Positions 60,843-64,000 of a stretch of 64,000 bases of DNA are shown piece by piece (within the stretch, counting starts at the first letter, position 1; each line of letters starts with the position of its first letter). Under the pieces are notes generated by a model. The model ran no database searches. It saw nothing but the letters and a program-made list of their open reading frames with translations, and was not told the DNA's origin. The DNA lies in the IMG/VR virus record IMGVR_UViG_3300045996_002337, positions 186,001-250,000 of that record. The stretch is one strand, 5' to 3'. Both the position numbers and the translations under genes were made by a program.

Positions 60843-60919
60843 TGGAGCGGACAGTCGGATTCGAACCGACACTTCAAGTTTGGAAGACTCACGTGCTAAC
60901 CGTTGAACACTATGCCCGC
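60843..60919 (-). tRNA. tRNA-Gly(TCC)
   Basis: CT-TCC-AA, T73, CCA. Confidence 0.9.
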
Positions 60920-60954
60920 GCATAAACCAAGTGTTAAGGCACTTGGACACTATT

Positions 60955-61030
60955 TGGTGCCCCCACTACGATTCGAACGCAGGACCCCCGCATTACAAGT
61001 GCGGTGCTCTACCAACTGAGCTATAAGGGC
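60955..61030 (-). tRNA. tRNA-Thr(TGT)
   Basis: CT-TGT-AA, CCA. Confidence 0.92.
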
Positions 61031-61162
61031 AAAATTACAATGATTGAGTCCACCCTCAAACTCTCTTACTCTTGGATGGAAATGTCTTGTCTTCGCAAAG
61101 GCGACCCCGAAGAGTTATCCGAATCGCCACGGACTTCAGCCGCTAAGCCGCATCAATCAAAC

Positions 61163-61249
61163 TGGTGGGTACTGTAGGATTCGAACCTACTCACGCAATA
61201 GCGAACGGGGTTACAGCCCGCTTCAGCTCTCCAACTCTGACGAGTACCC
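61163..61249 (-). tRNA. tRNA-Tyr(GTA)
   Basis: CT-GTA-AC, variable arm, CCA. Confidence 0.88.
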
Positions 61250-61260
61250 ATAAAACTAAA

Positions 61261-61321
61261 GTCAACAAAAGATACGGCGAGGGGTTGCCTAATGAATGAT
61301 AACCCTCAACCTACGGTTGAC
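61261..61321 (-). ncRNA. minimal Y-RNA-like RNA (61 nt)
   Basis: GTCAA-C-CG...GAGGGTTATC...CCCCTC...TTTTG-TTGAC. Confidence 0.55.
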
Positions 61322-61326
61322 AAATT

Positions 61327-61401
61327 TGAGATTCGAAGAAGGAATCGAACCTTCGTTGCCCGACTTTAATGTGGGGTGCGTTACCACTACGCCATTCGAA
61401 T
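61327..61401 (-). pseudogene. pseudo-tRNA, anticodon unresolved (loop contains ATTAAA)
   Basis: Good acceptor, D and T arms; distorted anticodon arm; 3' end C-TCA. Confidence 0.5.
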
Positions 61402-61406
61402 GTTTG

Positions 61407-61479
61407 TGGAGGTAGGGAGGATCGAACTCCCGACATCTAGCTTGCAAAGCTAGCGCTCTCCCAGCTGAGCTATACCCCC
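61407..61479 (-). tRNA. tRNA-Ala(TGC), no encoded CCA
   Basis: G3.U70, TT-TGC-AA. Confidence 0.88.
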
Positions 61480-61613
61480 GAGATTTGGCGGGCAAGTAGC
61501 CTTCAATAGGGGCCCAATCCTATGAAGCGGTATCGGATCTACAAGACAGAAGACCTTCCATTCCGGTTTTTGATGTCTGACGCTTAGCGTAACCGGCGAA
61601 ACATTCAGCTGAT

Positions 61614-61688
61614 GTAAGACGGCAGGAGTCGAACCTGCAAAGTATCCCGTGGTCGGTGTGCCAATTCCCGTTTAACTACCACGTCTTA
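61614..61688 (-). ncRNA. tRNA-like RNA lacking an anticodon arm
   Basis: TAAGACG/CGTCTTA acceptor, GCAGG-TTCGACT-CCTGC T arm, GGAATTGGCA D-loop-like segment. Confidence 0.5.
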
Positions 61689-61694
61689 ACATTT

Positions 61695-61770
<76 letters not shown>

Positions 61771-61999
61771 ATAAATTCTTGGGAAGCTGTTAACTTACGC
61801 TAGACCGCTCCCCACGTCGTCGCAGCCGAATCAAAGCTTCGGAAGGCTTTAGGACCGGCATAGTTTCCACAGCCGGGCTCCACCACTCGGTGTCTAATGT
61901 CACCGAGACCATAGGGCAATTATCGGCCAGGGCCCCTCAACAGTGTTCCGACACCGTAAGATGTGGTACCGTCCATCGCTTTCACGACGCTGTTGTTCT

Positions 62000-62076
<77 letters not shown>

Positions 62077-62112
62077 AATGTTCTATTTAGCAATTATATT
62101 ACATGTGCTTTG

Positions 62113-62188
62113 TCTGGGCGACAGGATTCGAACCTGCGACCTCTCACTTCCAAGGCGAGCCGTCTGACCTGACTGACAATACGCCCAG
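62113..62188 (-). tRNA. tRNA-Pro(TGG), no encoded CCA
   Basis: CT-TGG-AA; leader TGTGTTTTGT pairs with trailer ACAAAGCACA. Confidence 0.8.
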
Positions 62189-62360
62189 ACAAAACACACA
62201 TAAACAAAAGATTGTTGAAGCTTCCTCTTGAGGCTCTGGGCCGGTTTTATCGGGATCCCAGCTGGGCCTTGTACCCAGTCAACAAAACTTTATTGAAATC
62301 GGCGGATCTAAACAGCCTCCTGGCGTCCTAAACCCCGGATAGGGGAACCGAAATATAACT

Positions 62361-62444
62361 TGGTGCGCTCGGGGAGACTCGAACTCCCACGCCTTTCGGC
62401 ATCAGTCCCTCAAACTGACGTGTCTACCGTTCCACCACGAGCGC
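62361..62444 (-). tRNA. tRNA-Leu(GAG)
   Basis: TT-GAG-GG, variable arm, CCA. Confidence 0.9.
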
Positions 62445-62520
62445 TTTTACCTCTGAATTTTCCTTTTGAGAAGGTGTGCGTTGACAGTTTGGACAGAGCA
62501 ACGCCCAGAAACACATGAGA

Positions 62521-62613
62521 TGTTGAACGACGGGATTCGAACCCGCACATTGCGCCGGTGATTAGCCGGTGCTAAGTATACCAATTCCTCACGTTATGCA
62601 AACACGTTCAACA
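62521..62613 (-). ncRNA. tRNA-like RNA, anticodon AAT, 9-bp acceptor, 12-nt insert before the D arm
   Basis: TGTTGAACG/CGTTCAACA; CT-AAT-CA loop; T arm intact; no CCA. Confidence 0.55.
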
Positions 62614-62663
62614 AAATCAACCATGCGCGGCTACCAATTACGCCACGAGTGCATTAAAACAAG

Positions 62664-62794
62664 AGCAACAAAGGGCGATAACGAAAAGCCTTTCGGCGAG
62701 CCGGCTGCCTTACCACTTGGCGACTATCAATTGCTCGATAGGTAGGATTCGAACCTACGTTTAGCTGGATAGATAATCATCATCAACGGTTGCT
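62664..62794 (-). ncRNA. YrlA-like Y RNA (permuted tRNA module)
   Basis: GCAA-C-CG...T arm (GTAGG TTCGAAT CCTAC), 7-bp acceptor capped by GCAA tetraloop, D arm (GCC AAGTGGTAA GGC)...GCC-GAAA-GGC...TTG-TTGC. Confidence 0.8.
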
Positions 62795-62801
62795 AATTCT
62801 G

Positions 62802-62875
62802 TGGTGCCCCGTGGGTGAATCGAACACCCGACACCGGGTTACAAAGCCAGTGTTATACCACTTAACTAACGGGGC
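62802..62875 (-). tRNA. tRNA-Thr(TGT)
   Basis: TT-TGT-AA, CCA. Confidence 0.88.
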
Positions 62876-62901
62876 AAAATTTGATATGCAAAAGTGTAAC
62901 C

Positions 62902-62978
62902 TGGAGTGCGAGGCCGGAATTGAACCGATGCGTCTCTTGTTTTGCAGACAAGCGGAAGGACCACTCTCCCACTCGCAC
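62902..62978 (-). tRNA. tRNA-Cys(GCA)
   Basis: CT-GCA-AA, T73, CCA. Confidence 0.88.
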
Positions 62979-63123
62979 ATAAAAATTGATGATCGTGAAG
63001 AGCTTTCCGAGGTGCGTCCCATGTCTATTAGGTCTAAGCATTCCCCTCGGCAATTCGTGGATTCCCCTTGCAACTTTTCGAGGGTTGCAAGCTCTTCTTG
63101 GCGCCGTCACTTACGATCAAACT

Positions 63124-63216
63124 TGGCGGAGACGGTGAGACTCGAACTCACACACCCATTTCTGAGCCTTCTGCTTTCAAGGCAGCTGCCGCTATGCCGA
63201 TTCGGCTAACGTCTCC
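63124..63216 (-). tRNA. tRNA-Ser(TGA)
   Basis: CT-TGA-AA, long variable arm, G73, CCA. Confidence 0.9.
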
Positions 63217-63221
63217 ATATT

Positions 63222-63297
63222 TGGTGGAGGCGACAGGGATCGAACCTGCGACCTGATGCTTGCAAAGCACCTGCTCTCCCAGCTGAGCTACACCCCC
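63222..63297 (-). tRNA. tRNA-Ala(TGC)
   Basis: G3.U70, TT-TGC-AA, CCA. Confidence 0.93.
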
Positions 63298-63307
63298 GTT
63301 ATTCATT

Positions 63308-63407
63308 GAACTCATTTGGATAGGACTCGAACCTACACGAGGACCTCGCGGTTTGCTCTGCTCCTACTACGGAGCCGCGTCTACCAATTCCGCCAGCTTC
63401 AGAGTTC
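63308..63407 (-). ncRNA. tRNA-like RNA with open acceptor and 6-nt anticodon loop
   Basis: Leu/Tyr-type D arm, GCTCC-GTAGTA-GGAGC, T arm; acceptor replaced by an internal loop closed by GAACTC/GAGTTC. Confidence 0.5.
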
Positions 63408-63460
63408 GCCGGGGTAATTAAGCCCGACAGCTGCTAGAAGGAGCGACCCTCTTCGCGACA

Positions 63461-63674
63461 TTTGTTTTGCTCTGAACTCCGGGTTTTCTCCGGCAAAGGT
63501 TCCAGCTTCGGCAGTAAAGATACTCTTTCCAACGTCAGGCCAGACAGCATTCAAGCTGAGGGGAATCGAACCCCCAATCGGATTTTTCTCACATAACGTG
63601 TCAGTTAGGTCCTAGTCCTGGACGACTGCTATTTCCCCTTCACGCTGATGTCTGCTAGTTCAGAGCAAAACAAA
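63461..63674 (-). ncRNA. ~210-nt structured RNA with a T-arm, closed by an 18-bp stem
   Basis: tttgttttgctctgaact/agttcagagcaaaacaaa perfect IR; GGGG-TTCGATT-CCCC T arm inside. Confidence 0.55.
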
Positions 63675-63781
63675 CATGTTGAACAGTTTCATCCGTAGGA
63701 TAACTGAAAACCTACCACCGCGGGTTGCATCCCGTTTCTCTTCGTGTATGGTGACACTAGCTGATGCTAATCAGCACGTAT

Positions 63782-63871
63782 TGGTGGATGCTGTCCGAAT
63801 CGAACGGACCTTAATGCTCAAAGCATTCATAAGCAAGTAACTTATGCCCACTCGTACCAACTACCACATCC
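63782..63871 (-). tRNA. degenerate Ser-like tRNA (anticodon ACT)
   Basis: CATAAG-TTACTTG-CTTATG arm, long variable hairpin, T arm, CCA; bulged acceptor. Confidence 0.45.
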
Positions 63872-63876
63872 AATAC

Positions 63877-63952
63877 TGGTGGACCTAGAGGGAATCGAAC
63901 CCTACCCACAGATCACTTGCAAGGCGATCCGGCAACCCCAATGCTTAAGCCC
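63877..63952 (-). tRNA. tRNA-Ala(TGC)
   Basis: G3.U70, CT-TGC-AA, 7-bp anticodon stem, CCA. Confidence 0.8.
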
Positions 63953-64000
63953 ATGTTGAATCAGGAATTCTTGTCAGCGTCCCGACTGAATAGGCAAGAA

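Noticed and set aside
61487-61600. Additional CCA-ending tRNA-like gene
   Set aside because: It ends in GCCCGCCA but has no matching 5' acceptor strand or T loop.
62470-62655. Complete nested tRNA-within-tRNA gene
   Set aside because: The outer 5' half is present, but no complementary acceptor 3' strand or proper T loop follows the inner element.
63675-63735. Eighth Y-like RNA (ggataac...cgggttgca)
   Set aside because: It has part of the motif, but I found no partner TTG-TTGCA strand to form the bulged helix.

Overview
64 kb of a tRNA-rich, apparently lytic jumbo phage genome, inferred from dense mostly minus-strand small ORFs, sigma70-like early promoters (TGTACA-N16/17-TATAAT), a T4-late-like TAAATA motif, and the absence of housekeeping operons. 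The host looks proteobacterial, judged from the host-like stress and envelope genes. Contents: (i) two tRNA arrays (9.1-13.5 kb and 55.2-64 kb) plus one lone tRNA, about 49 tRNAs with readable anticodons covering all 20 amino acids, interleaved with many aberrant tRNA-like and structured RNAs; (ii) translation and RNA-repair genes (RF1-like factor, HNH-RNA ligase, CCA-adding enzyme, R2K ATP-grasp, NADAR, kinase, phosphatase); (iii) host-like general-stress, lipoprotein and cell-wall genes; (iv) many hypothetical proteins. Top leads: (1) five paralogous T4/T5 holin-T-like membrane proteins, four of them as tandem pairs directly behind periplasmic solute-binding proteins of two unrelated families, a candidate metabolite-sensing lysis-control system; (2) seven Y-RNA-like elements sharing a Ro60-type bulged-C helix, including two textbook YrlA-like permuted tRNA mimics and one inverse-topology tRNA/Y-RNA hybrid with a real CCA end; (3) an RF1-like gene interrupted by an in-frame UGA at a conserved Trp position; (4) a leader-peptide/antiterminator attenuator in front of the first tRNA array; (5) tRNAs with short anticodon insertions, extended acceptor stems, and CDS stop codons buried inside tRNAs; (6) a stand-alone ethylene-receptor-like membrane domain. 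All calls come from manual reading of the sequence. No database search or folding program was run.
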